Positions 1 to 9,386 of a stretch of 64,000 nt of DNA are shown here, piece by piece. The stretch is from assembly GCA_039630485.1 (NCBI GenBank), contig JBCNUX010000003.1, positions 2,509 to 66,508 on the forward strand. The letters run 5' to 3'. Every line of letters begins with the position of its first letter. Position 1 is the stretch's first letter. The DNA is from Chlorobiota bacterium. GTDB taxonomy: Bacteria > Bacteroidota > Ignavibacteria > Kapaibacteriales > HRBIN21. The notes beneath the pieces are model-generated. The model was not told the DNA's origin and did not search any database. It saw only the letters and a program-made list of their open reading frames with translations. A program made the position numbers and the translations under genes.

Positions 1-1410
1 CAGAGGAGTGACCCGCAGTTCGGGAGGGTACGGCTCTACCGCTGGAAGGATACCGTTCCGATTGCCACCTACCTCATGGTAGTCCACGCCTCCCGCTATG
101 CCGAGTTCGGTGATGTCTACGTGCGTCCTGATGGTAGCCGAGTCCCGCTGCCGTACTACGTTTGGGCTGCGGATGTAAGCAATTCGGACACGACGGGGCG
201 GCGCTACAATGCTCGCTTTGCCTTCCGGCGGGTGCCGGAGATGATGAGGGCCTACGAGCACTTCTTCGGCCGCTATCCCTTCGTCAAGTACGGCATGGCT
301 GCAGTGCAGCCCTTCGCATACGGTGGGATGGAGCACCAGACAATGACGACCGTCAACCGCGCTTGGCTCCGCGGGTGGGCCGAATGGGGGATTGCACATG
401 AGTTGGCTCATCAATGGCTGGGCGACCTTGTGAGTTGTGCCACATGGGAGGATATCTGGCTCAACGAGGGCGGAGCTACGTGGTCGGAGGCGCTGTGGCT
501 GGAGTGGATCCAGGGGCCGCGGGCGTACCAGAATCGGATGGAGCGTGCGCGGGGGGACTACTTAGAGCGGCGCAACGTTGCCATGTACCTGCCGCTCTAC
601 ACTCCTCCTCGTGAGCTCATCTTCTACTACCCCACCGTCTACGCGAAGGCGTCGTGGGTCTACCACATGCTGCGTCGCATGGTTGGGGATAGCCTCTTCT
701 TTGCCGCACTCCGGGCGTACATGGAGCGGCACCGTTACGGAGCGGCGGAGACAGAGGACCTGTTGGCATCTCTGCAACGCGACATCCCGAATCCTCCAGT
801 GCCATGGCGTGTCTTCTTCGACCAGTGGGTGTACAGCGCCGGCCACCCCATCATAGAGCTGCAGCCAGTCGTCTCTCGGCTAGCCGAGGGGCGATACTGG
901 GTGCGCTGCTATGTCCGGCAGACGCAAGTCGGGCAGAATATCCCCTCCGTCTTCGTTATGCCCTGGGTTCTGCGCTTCATAGGAAGGACCGGCGAGCAGG
1001 CAGAACAGCGGTTCATCAGCACCGAGCGAGAGGTGGTGGTAGAAGCAGAGCTGCCCTTTTTCCCGGACTCCGTTCGACTGAATGCCGAGGATGTGCTGTG
1101 TGAGTACTCTGTCGCTCCGACCACCGTGAGGGGGGAGGCCTCCGAGGAGGCCTCGCTGCAGATACTACCGCACCCGGCACAAGAGGGCAGCGTACTCGAA
1201 GTCGTGCTCCCTTCGGCGGGGGAAGCAAAGGTAGAGTTGGTCTCGCTCACTGGGGAAGTTCAGGCGTTGCACGCGGGCTTTCTCGAGGCTGGCACCTACC
1301 GTCTCCCCTTGCAGCTCAGAGAGCGGGGCGTTGGAGCTGGGGTATACGCTGTACGCTTGTGGCACGATGGCCGTCCGATTGCGGCACGGGTGTTTCAGTG
1401 GCAACCGTAG
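1..1410 (+). CDS. M1-family zinc aminopeptidase with T9SS-type C-terminal sorting domain (5' partial)
   Basis: Frame 1 is open from nt 1 (…WKDTVPIATYLMVVHAS), so the gene starts upstream of the window. It has the GGMEHQ exopeptidase motif and an HELAHQW-x18-E zinc site. The last ~85 aa (ILPHPAQEG…AKVELVSLTGEV…GVYAVRLWHDGRPIAARVF) match the T9SS type-A CTD pattern. Confidence 0.85.
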   Translation, partial: QRSDPQFGRVRLYRWKDTVPIATYLMVVHASRYAEFGDVYVRPDGSRVPLPYYVWAADVSNSDTTGRRYNARFAFRRVPEMMRAYEHFFGRYPFVKYGMAAVQPFAYGGMEHQTMTTVNRAWLRGWAEWGIAHELAHQWLGDLVSCATWEDIWLNEGGATWSEALWLEWIQGPRAYQNRMERARGDYLERRNVAMYLPLYTPPRELIFYYPTVYAKASWVYHMLRRMVGDSLFFAALRAYMERHRYGAAETEDLLASLQRDIPNPPVPWRVFFDQWVYSAGHPIIELQPVVSRLAEGRYWVRCYVRQTQVGQNIPSVFVMPWVLRFIGRTGEQAEQRFISTEREVVVEAELPFFPDSVRLNAEDVLCEYSVAPTTVRGEASEEASLQILPHPAQEGSVLEVVLPSAGEAKVELVSLTGEVQALHAGFLEAGTYRLPLQLRERGVGAGVYAVRLWHDGRPIAARVFQWQP

Positions 1411-1419
1411 CGTGGTTCC

Positions 1420-2598
1420 ATGGATTGGCAGCTTCCGTATGAGCTGGAGACGGTGCCGTATCGAGAGCTTTTCCCCCACTATCGGGAGGGCGTCACATAC
1501 TTAGACCACGCGGCAACAGGACCGTTGCCCACCCCTGTTGTAGAGGCAGTACAGCAGTACCTCTTTCGGCGTCGTCAGAGCGCAACTGAGCTCGACTGGG
1601 AGATTGCGCAGTTGGAAAAGGGCCGACAGCTCCTTGCAAAGCTCATCGGGGCACCATCGCCAGAGACGATCGCGTTCGTCCCGAACACGACGACAGCTCT
1701 GGCAGCGATTGCCTTGTCACTGCCCTGGAAGACAGGCGATGTGGTCGTGGTAGGAGCGCAGGAGTTCCCTGCAAACGTCTACCCATGGCGGGCGCTACGC
1801 CGTTTTGGCGTAGAGCTGCGGTTCGTGCCGATGCCTGATGGGCAGCTGCCGGTAGACCGTGTAGAGCAGGCACTATACGGGTCAGTCCGAGTCGTGGCTG
1901 TGAGTGCCGTTCAGTTCCTCTCGGGCTATCGGGCAGACCTAGAGGTGCTCGGGGAGCTCTGCGCCAGGCGAGGTGCTCTTCTGGTCGTTGATGGTATCCA
2001 GGCCGTAGGTGCGCGCCAGATAGATGTCCTGAGCGCCCGAGTTGCGGCTCTAGCGTGTGGTGGGGCGAAGTGGCTGCTTGCGCCGCATGGGACTGGCTTC
2101 CTCTACGTGCACCCCGAGCTTCTGGAGGGCCTTACCCCAGCCATACTCGGGTGGTTGGCGGCAGAGGACCCGTGGGACTTCTTTGCGTTTGAGCAACCGT
2201 TGGCTCGGACGGCACGGCGCTTTGAAGGAGGCTCGCTCAATCTTGGGGGACTCGCCGGGCTCGTCGCGGCGGTCGAGCTGCTCTGGAACTATGGGCCTGC
2301 TCGCGCAGAGGAGCGCGTGGTAGCGTTGAGCGGTCTCCTGCGGGATCGGCTGGAGGAGGTGCTTCCTGAGGGAACCCTGGTAACCCCACGGGAGCCAGAG
2401 CGGCGAGCGGGTATCGTCGCCTGTCGGCTCCCCAGTCGGGAAGCGGCATCCCAGCTGGTGGCACATCTTGCTCAGTTGGGAATCCGCTGCTCGGCTCGCC
2501 TGGAGTATGTTCGTTTCTCCCCACACTGGTACAATGCTGCTTCTGAAGTTGAGCAGGCCGTTGCAGCGGTTGCAGAGCTTCTGCCCACCGTGTCGTGA
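1420..2598 (+). CDS. class V aminotransferase-fold PLP enzyme (cysteine desulfurase/selenocysteine lyase-like)
   Basis: 392-aa ORF with an ATG start. Motifs are YLDHAATGP near the N-terminus and a GGAKWLLAPHGTGFLYV PLP-lysine region. Confidence 0.75.
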   Translation: MDWQLPYELETVPYRELFPHYREGVTYLDHAATGPLPTPVVEAVQQYLFRRRQSATELDWEIAQLEKGRQLLAKLIGAPSPETIAFVPNTTTALAAIALSLPWKTGDVVVVGAQEFPANVYPWRALRRFGVELRFVPMPDGQLPVDRVEQALYGSVRVVAVSAVQFLSGYRADLEVLGELCARRGALLVVDGIQAVGARQIDVLSARVAALACGGAKWLLAPHGTGFLYVHPELLEGLTPAILGWLAAEDPWDFFAFEQPLARTARRFEGGSLNLGGLAGLVAAVELLWNYGPARAEERVVALSGLLRDRLEEVLPEGTLVTPREPERRAGIVACRLPSREAASQLVAHLAQLGIRCSARLEYVRFSPHWYNAASEVEQAVAAVAELLPTVS

Positions 2599-2610
2599 AG
2601 TTGGTCATGG

Positions 2611-4161
2611 ATGGCGAGTTGGATGGAGCGGCTCAGCGACCAGGAACTTCGACGGCGCGAGGAGCTGCAGCTACTGCGGCAGCAAGGGATTGAGCCTTAT
2701 CCATACTCCTACGAGCGCACGGCAACGATAGCTCAGCTACGGCAGGGGGTCCTATCTCAGCCTTTGGAAGCGTTCGCGGACGTCGCCCTCGCTGGGCGCA
2801 TCATGGTCCTTCGCCGGATGGGCAAGGTTACTTTCGCGGACGTGCAGGATGAGAGCGGGCGCCTACAGGTGTACTTCCGCGCAGACGATTTGGGGGAGCA
2901 CTACAAGTTGCTGCCGCTGCTGGACATTGGCGACATCATTGGTGCTCGTGGCTTCCTCTTCTATACTCGCACCGGCGAACTAACCCTCCACGTTCGCTCA
3001 TTCCAACTCCTCTGCAAGGCGCTGCGCCCAATCCCAGTGCCAAAGGAGGTGGTCGACCAGCAGGGCCGCCGAATTCGGTACGATGCGTTCACGGACAAAG
3101 AACAGCGCTACCGTTACCGGTACCTTGACCTCCTCGTCAATCCTGAGGTGCGCGAGATCTTCCGCAAGCGGACCCATATTATCCGAGCAGTCCGGGACTT
3201 CTTCGACGCCCGCGGGTGGTTGGAAGTAGAGACCCCAGTCCTACAGCCCGTCTACGGTGGAGCGAATGCGCGTCCGTTCCGAACTTACTTTAATGCCTTG
3301 GACAGCTACTTCTACCTCCGCATCGCCACAGAGCTGTACCTGAAGCGCTTAATCGTCGGCGGGTTCGAGGGGGTCTACGAGATTGGCAAGAACTTCCGCA
3401 ACGAGGGAATTGATCGCCTTCACAATCCAGAATTCACGGCTTTGGAGCTCTACGTCGCATATCGGGACTACGAGTGGATGATGGAGCTTGTGGAAGAGCT
3501 CTTGGAGACGGTCGTCCGACAGGTCAACGGTTCGCTGTGGCTACAACGCGGTGGACAGAAGGTGGAGCTACGGCGTCCGTTTCGGAGGGTGCGCTGGTAT
3601 GATGCTGTGCATGAGGCGACAGGGTACGATTTACGGGGGTGTTCAATCGAGACGCTGCGAGAGATCGCCGAGCGTCTGGAGATACAGGTCTCGCCGACAG
3701 TCTCTGAGCCGAAGCTGCTGGACGAGATCTTCTCCACAGCGGTCCAGCCGCGGCTTGTGGAGCCGACATTCGTGATAGATTATCCGCTGAGCCTCTCCCC
3801 ATTAGCCAAACGGCACCGCAGCGTGCCTGGGGTTGCCGAGCGGTTTGAGCTTTTCCTCTTCGGGATGGAGATTGCGAACGCCTTCTCTGAGCTTAACGAT
3901 CCCATAGAGCAGCGCCAACGTCTAGAGCAGCAAGCCCGTTGGCGGGAGAAGGGGGACCTTGAGGCAATGCCGCTGGATGAGGACTTCCTGCGGGCCCTTG
4001 AAGTAGGCATGCCACCGACAGCAGGTTTGGGGATTGGCATAGACCGGCTGGTGATGATACTGACAGAGCAGCCCACGATTCGGGACGTCATCCTGTTCCC
4101 TCACATGCGCCCGGCAGAGCCCCAGGATGTAGAGCAGGTCTCAGCAACGCCGGAAACCTAG
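2611..4161 (+). CDS. lysS: lysine--tRNA ligase (class II)
   Basis: N-terminal OB-fold region, then class II motifs FRNEGID..HNPEFT.LE.Y.AY and GMPPTAGLGIGIDRLVM. Confidence 0.95.
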   Translation: MASWMERLSDQELRRREELQLLRQQGIEPYPYSYERTATIAQLRQGVLSQPLEAFADVALAGRIMVLRRMGKVTFADVQDESGRLQVYFRADDLGEHYKLLPLLDIGDIIGARGFLFYTRTGELTLHVRSFQLLCKALRPIPVPKEVVDQQGRRIRYDAFTDKEQRYRYRYLDLLVNPEVREIFRKRTHIIRAVRDFFDARGWLEVETPVLQPVYGGANARPFRTYFNALDSYFYLRIATELYLKRLIVGGFEGVYEIGKNFRNEGIDRLHNPEFTALELYVAYRDYEWMMELVEELLETVVRQVNGSLWLQRGGQKVELRRPFRRVRWYDAVHEATGYDLRGCSIETLREIAERLEIQVSPTVSEPKLLDEIFSTAVQPRLVEPTFVIDYPLSLSPLAKRHRSVPGVAERFELFLFGMEIANAFSELNDPIEQRQRLEQQARWREKGDLEAMPLDEDFLRALEVGMPPTAGLGIGIDRLVMILTEQPTIRDVILFPHMRPAEPQDVEQVSATPET

Positions 4162-4164
4162 CCG

Positions 4165-5259
4165 ATGGGATACACGCCGTTACCACCCATCTCTGTTCCA
4201 GAATGGCAGCAAAAAGTACGTCGCCGTGTCTGGATTCATGTCGTACTGTTCGTGCTTACCTTCTTCTCGGTCCTGGTTGCTGGCGTCCAGTGGATGGGGA
4301 AGGATCCGCTGGAGCTGACGAACCTGCACTACGGGCTTACCTATGCCGTGCTAATTCTCAGCTTCTTGGGGGCACACGAATTTGGACACTACTTCGCTGC
4401 GCGCTTCCACAAGGTAGAGGTGACACTACCCTACTTCCTGCCAGTGCCGCTCCCCTTCTTCTTTCCCTTCGGGACCATGGGAGCGCTGATCCGGACGTTG
4501 TCTCCGATCCGCTCGCGGCGAGTACTCTTCGACATCGGCATAGCAGGTCCATTAGCTGGGTTCGTAGTCAGCGTTGCCATCCTCATCATCGGCTTCCGTA
4601 CGCTGCCGCCGAAGGAATACATCTTCGCCGTTCATCCGGAGTACGCTGTGCTTGGACGGATTCCCTCGTGGGGACTGCACTTTGGGGATATCCCGCTCTA
4701 CCACTGGTTGGCAGAGCTCCTTGCTCCGCCAGGCAGCTTCGTCCCGCCGATGAATGAGATGTACCACTACCCCTTCCTCTGCGTGGGCTGGTTCGGGCTC
4801 TTCGTGACAATGTTGAATTTGCTACCCCTGGGCCAGCTTGATGGAGGCCACATCACGTATGCTCTCTTCGGCGATACGCACCGTCAGATTGCGCGATTGG
4901 TCTGGTGGGCTCTCGTGCTACTTGGTCTGGGACCAATCGTGGGCTGGATAGCAGAACTGCTGGCTGTGGATTCACCGAACCCCCTTGTGCAGCTCCTGCA
5001 ACAGATTGTGCTCCCCTTGACGGGCTGGATTCAGCAGCATGCACCTTGGTACTTCAATGCATGGGAGGGGTGGCTAGTGTGGGCCTTGTTGACGCGGCTC
5101 TTCATACGGCTGGAACATCCCCCCGTGCCGGAGTCAGAACCGCTGACACCAGGACGGCGCCTCTTGGGATGGGTGGGATTAGCGATCTTCGTGCTGTGCT
5201 TCAGCTACAACGGCATTTACGACGTTCCCCCTCCGGCAGGGACCCTGTTGGAACGGTGA
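4165..5259 (+). CDS. M50 site-2-protease family membrane metalloprotease
   Basis: HEFGHY zinc motif and NLLPLGQLDGGH motif, with multiple hydrophobic helices. Confidence 0.85.
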   Translation: MGYTPLPPISVPEWQQKVRRRVWIHVVLFVLTFFSVLVAGVQWMGKDPLELTNLHYGLTYAVLILSFLGAHEFGHYFAARFHKVEVTLPYFLPVPLPFFFPFGTMGALIRTLSPIRSRRVLFDIGIAGPLAGFVVSVAILIIGFRTLPPKEYIFAVHPEYAVLGRIPSWGLHFGDIPLYHWLAELLAPPGSFVPPMNEMYHYPFLCVGWFGLFVTMLNLLPLGQLDGGHITYALFGDTHRQIARLVWWALVLLGLGPIVGWIAELLAVDSPNPLVQLLQQIVLPLTGWIQQHAPWYFNAWEGWLVWALLTRLFIRLEHPPVPESEPLTPGRRLLGWVGLAIFVLCFSYNGIYDVPPPAGTLLER

Positions 5260-7394
5260 GAGGCAACGTAGCGGAAGTCAACATGGCGTCGCTTGAGGTC
5301 AACGGAACTAACCTGCACCTTCAGGCGTGAGCCGAGCGTGAAGGATCTGCGTGTCCGCTTGCCGACGAAGCGGTAGCGACGCTCGTCAAAGGTGTAGAAA
5401 TCGTCCGGCATCTCCCGGAGGGGGAGGAGTCCCTCGATGTAGAGTTGCTCGAGTTGGACGAAGAGGCCGAAGGAAGAGAGCCCGGTAACGATTCCCCAGG
5501 ATTTTCGCCCCAACAGCCGGCTTGCCAAGAGGACTTGCGCAAGTTTGGTGCTTGCTCGCTCTGCTTCGACAGCAACCTGTTCACGGCGGGAGCAGTGTTC
5601 GCCAGCATGCTCCAGAGAACGCAGTAGTTGGCGCAAGCGGTGGGGAGATGGTTTCCGGGACTGACTGTAGGCTTTCAAAAGCCGATGGGCGACCAAATCA
5701 GGGTAGCGGCGAATCGGCGAGGTGAAATGGGCATACGCGGAGAAGCCCAGCCCGTAGTGCCCGACGTTGTACGGAGAGTAGATTGCTTTTGCCATCGCCC
5801 GGAGGAGGAGCTGGTGGAGGATGAGTTTCTCGGGGCGCTGCTCTATTCGGCTCAGAAGCTCTGTCCACTCCTGGGATGTCTTCGGCTCGTGGCGGATGGG
5901 GATGCCTAGGGAGCGCAGAATTTCTAGGACTTCGCGGACCTTTGCTGGGTCAGGAACGTCGTGGATACGGTAGAGGAATGGGAGAGGTTCGGGCAAGCGC
6001 CAATGTTCGGAGCGCTCGTGGACAAACTGAGCAACCGTGCGATTAGCTGCCAGCATGCACTCCTCCACCAAACTCGTGGCTTCCGTCCGCTGCTTAGGGA
6101 TAACCTCTACCGGGAGGCCACTCTCGTCGAGTCGGAAGCGAAGCTCCACCGTCTCAAAATCTATGCCGCCTTCGCGGAAGCGGCGCTCCCGGAGCGTCTG
6201 CGCTAAACGATGGAGGAGCAGGAGTTGTTCCGCATGCGGGCCCTGTCCCGTCGTGATGATGTGCTGGACTTCGTCGTAGGTGAAGCGCCGATGGCTTCGG
6301 ATAACGGACTTGCAGAGTTCGTACTGGCACAGCTCCCCAGAGGGGGTGAACTCCATCAGTACCGAGTATGTCAGCCGGTCTTCTCCGGGGACTAGCGAGC
6401 AGATGTCGTTGGAGAGCACCTCGGGCAGCATCGGCACGACTCGGTCCACCAAGTAGACGCTTGTGCCTCTTCGGAATGCTTCTTGGTCTGTCAGGCTCCC
6501 TTCGGGCACGTAGAAGCTAACGTCGGCGATGTGGACTCCGAGGAGGAGGTTACCGTTCGGCAGGGGCTGGATGGAGATGGCATCGTCGAAGTCTTTGGCG
6601 TCTTCGGGGTCGATGGTGAAGGTGACCACAGAGCGGAAGTCGCGCCGCTGGGCAATCTCTTCAGGCGTTGGCGGATGCGCCAATTGGCGGGCCTCTTCTT
6701 CTACGGCAGGCGGGAAGCGGAAGGGGAGCTCAAACTCTTTGAGGATGCTAGCAAACTCAGCTTTCGGGTCGCCCGTACGACCCAAGACCTCTACGATCTC
6801 AGCCTCGGGATTCTTCAACGGGTCGGTCCATCGGAGGAACCGGGCTAGGACCTTGTCGCCGTGACGAGCCTCGTGGAGTTTGTCCGCTGGGATGAGAAAG
6901 TCTACGTAGTAGCTCTCGTCGTCGGGCACCAGGAAGAAGAAGTTGCCGTCGTACTCCACAGTGCCACTCAAAAGCTTCGGAGAGCGGCGGAGGATGGCAA
7001 CGACTTCACCACGGGGCTTCTTGCGTGAACTCTCTCGTAGGGGGCAGACCGAGACGTAGTCTCCGGGGAGAGCTGTGTTGAGGTGATGCCGGCGAATGAT
7101 GATGTCGGGATACTCTGGATGCGCAGTCCGGACGACCCCAACTCCGTGCTCGATGGAGAGCTCCCCCTCTAGTAGCGTCTGGTCTTCGGGGAGCCGAAGG
7201 CGGAAACGTCGGCGGGGCCCCCGTTCGATGAGTCCCTGGGCTTGGAGCCACTCCAAGGTGCCCAGCAGCTCTTCGTACCGCTCCGTTTGGGTGGGGATGC
7301 TTAGGAGCCGGGCCATTTCGTAGATCCGGAGAGGACGCTTGCGGAGCAGGCGGAGGATTGCTTCGGCTAAGTCTGGATAGATGGGGCGCTGCAT
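5217..7394 (-). CDS. rnr: ribonuclease R
   Basis: 725 aa. It has the RNB catalytic region (DPEDAKDFDDAIS, HFTSPIRRYPDL) and a C-terminal S1 domain (GIVTGLSSFGLFVQL). Confidence 0.95.
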   Translation of the reverse strand: MQRPIYPDLAEAILRLLRKRPLRIYEMARLLSIPTQTERYEELLGTLEWLQAQGLIERGPRRRFRLRLPEDQTLLEGELSIEHGVGVVRTAHPEYPDIIIRRHHLNTALPGDYVSVCPLRESSRKKPRGEVVAILRRSPKLLSGTVEYDGNFFFLVPDDESYYVDFLIPADKLHEARHGDKVLARFLRWTDPLKNPEAEIVEVLGRTGDPKAEFASILKEFELPFRFPPAVEEEARQLAHPPTPEEIAQRRDFRSVVTFTIDPEDAKDFDDAISIQPLPNGNLLLGVHIADVSFYVPEGSLTDQEAFRRGTSVYLVDRVVPMLPEVLSNDICSLVPGEDRLTYSVLMEFTPSGELCQYELCKSVIRSHRRFTYDEVQHIITTGQGPHAEQLLLLHRLAQTLRERRFREGGIDFETVELRFRLDESGLPVEVIPKQRTEATSLVEECMLAANRTVAQFVHERSEHWRLPEPLPFLYRIHDVPDPAKVREVLEILRSLGIPIRHEPKTSQEWTELLSRIEQRPEKLILHQLLLRAMAKAIYSPYNVGHYGLGFSAYAHFTSPIRRYPDLVAHRLLKAYSQSRKPSPHRLRQLLRSLEHAGEHCSRREQVAVEAERASTKLAQVLLASRLLGRKSWGIVTGLSSFGLFVQLEQLYIEGLLPLREMPDDFYTFDERRYRFVGKRTRRSFTLGSRLKVQVSSVDLKRRHVDFRYVASHRSNRVPAGGGTS

Positions 7395-7400
7395 ACCGGC

Positions 7401-9386
7401 TCAATCATAGGGGATGACGGAATTGCCCTTCTGCAGAGCTTTCTGCAGGGCTATCTGGACTGCTCGGAGGGCATCCTCAGCGCTCTTGTGTCGCCGGAGG
7501 TCGGTGAGACCTATGCTGAGAGTCAAGCTCAGCCGGTGTCCCTCAAACGAGAACACGGTTGTGGCAACCTGCTTTCGGACTCCCTCTGCCCAGAGTTGGG
7601 CATGGGTGAGCTCCATGCCTGGCAAGAGCAGCCCGAGCATGTCTTCAGCTAAGTAGCCAATCAAGTCACAGGGGCGTGCTTGCGAGCGCAGCAGTGGGAC
7701 GACGTGGCCACTGAGGAGTGTGCGCATCTGTGCCAAACTCAGTCCAGCAAGAGAGCCGTAACGGTCTACCTGGAGAGCGCAGAGGACAGCGGTGCTCTGT
7801 AGACAGGCGATCCGCTCTATCTCTTCCGCTATTCGGTGTCGGAATCCTGGTTCGGTCCACAGCCCTTGGTGCACCGAGAACCAGAGTCCCCCGCGGAGTT
7901 GTTCTTGCCAGTAGCGGTGCTCTAAGATTCCGCCGACCCAGCGGCCTACGGTCTCCAGCAACTCCTCCTCTTGTGGAGCCAATGGTTCGGCGAGTTCACA
8001 GTAGAGCGCTCCGTAGGCATGCGTTTCAGAGCAGAGCGGGAAGGCGTAAGCGTAAGATGGAGTGGCCAGCGGCGGCTCGTTAGGATGGAGGCGGAAGCGA
8101 TGGGTTGATTCATTCCATCGCTGGGGCTCACCAGAGTAGATGGCAGCTCCAATGAGCGTCCCCTCTAAGAGGCAGAGCACGTCTTGAAGTGACGACCATG
8201 CTTCGGGGGCACGTAGAGCCGCAACCCTCCATCCTCGGTGGGTCGGGCTGTAGAGGCAGAGTAACGCGACTGGGGCCGGCACGAGTTGAACGAAGAGCTC
8301 GAGGAGCCCTTGCTCAAAGGTACCGTTCGGTGCTGAGCGGAGGTCCCACAAGGAGGTGACGGACTCCCACACTTTTGCCTTCTGGCGCAGCTCATAGTGC
8401 TGGATGTAGTTCTGCAGGAGCCCGCCAATCAGGAGGACGATGTGTCCCAGGAGGCTTACGGTCGTTGCCGTGTAGGCGTGGGGTTGGTCGCTGTCCAAGC
8501 ATAGGACACCGACGGGGCGATTCTGCAGCAAGATTGGGACCCCTACGAAGGAGCTCGTCTTCGCTGGTTCCCGGTAGTAGGGAAGGAGCTCTAACTCTGC
8601 TGTAGGCTGAATTTCAGTGACGATTTCTGCCCGTCCTTCCGAGGCGATTTGGCTGACGATGTCGTGCCCGAGAGGGGTTCGCCGAGGGTCAGCACGGAAG
8701 AGCTCGGGGATATCAGACTGCCAAGCTTCCAAGAAGAGTGCCTGCCGCTCGGCATCGAGCCAGAAGAGGGCTGCGGTCCGTGTTGGGGTGATGAGGCGCA
8801 CGAGGGTGAGGACCCGTTCAATGAGAGCTCGGAAAGCGTGCCGCGGCTCCGCTGGGGCTGCCGCAGGGGCGATGACGAACTCGGGGAGGCTGACTGCCCG
8901 AATACGTGCAGGCGGTGCTGGTGGAGGTGGTGTTGGTTGCTGTTGGGCTGGGACTGATAGCGTAGCAGCCTCTTGGCGCGGCCGGCGTCCAACAATCCGG
9001 ACACTGGAGATAGAGTCAGCGAACTCCACAGCCTCGAGAGATTCGGTATCGGCGTCGGCAGAGCCTTCAGGGCCTTCGGTGGTAGTGAAGGCCTCTGCAA
9101 AGTCGTCGAAGATGAGGCGGGTGCCACGGCTTTCTTGCTGGACGGTCTTCCGGAGTCGGGCAGCTTGGGAGCGTAGAGTTGAAGCTGGGGGTAACCCGTC
9201 TCCAAAGCGTTGAGACAGCAGCACGAAGAAAGCAACAGCCCCCAGCAGGGCGACAGAGACCCCAATGAGGCGAACGGCGGCATCGTCGAGCGCGAGGGCA
9301 ATGAGGAGGCCCAGGAGAATGACGCCGGCAGCGAGCCAATCAATCGGGGTGAGGAGGCGCAGGAGGCGCTTCACTTCCTCAACCAT
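7401..9386 (-). CDS. membrane-anchored GAF-domain protein with degenerate GGDEF domain
   Basis: Two N-terminal hydrophobic helices, a low-complexity linker and GAF-like blocks (…FVGVPILLQNRPVGVLCLDS…). The C-terminal GGDEF-fold has GYLAEDMLGLLLP in place of RYGGDEFxxLLP. Confidence 0.7.
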   Translation of the reverse strand: MVEEVKRLLRLLTPIDWLAAGVILLGLLIALALDDAAVRLIGVSVALLGAVAFFVLLSQRFGDGLPPASTLRSQAARLRKTVQQESRGTRLIFDDFAEAFTTTEGPEGSADADTESLEAVEFADSISSVRIVGRRPRQEAATLSVPAQQQPTPPPPAPPARIRAVSLPEFVIAPAAAPAEPRHAFRALIERVLTLVRLITPTRTAALFWLDAERQALFLEAWQSDIPELFRADPRRTPLGHDIVSQIASEGRAEIVTEIQPTAELELLPYYREPAKTSSFVGVPILLQNRPVGVLCLDSDQPHAYTATTVSLLGHIVLLIGGLLQNYIQHYELRQKAKVWESVTSLWDLRSAPNGTFEQGLLELFVQLVPAPVALLCLYSPTHRGWRVAALRAPEAWSSLQDVLCLLEGTLIGAAIYSGEPQRWNESTHRFRLHPNEPPLATPSYAYAFPLCSETHAYGALYCELAEPLAPQEEELLETVGRWVGGILEHRYWQEQLRGGLWFSVHQGLWTEPGFRHRIAEEIERIACLQSTAVLCALQVDRYGSLAGLSLAQMRTLLSGHVVPLLRSQARPCDLIGYLAEDMLGLLLPGMELTHAQLWAEGVRKQVATTVFSFEGHRLSLTLSIGLTDLRRHKSAEDALRAVQIALQKALQKGNSVIPYD

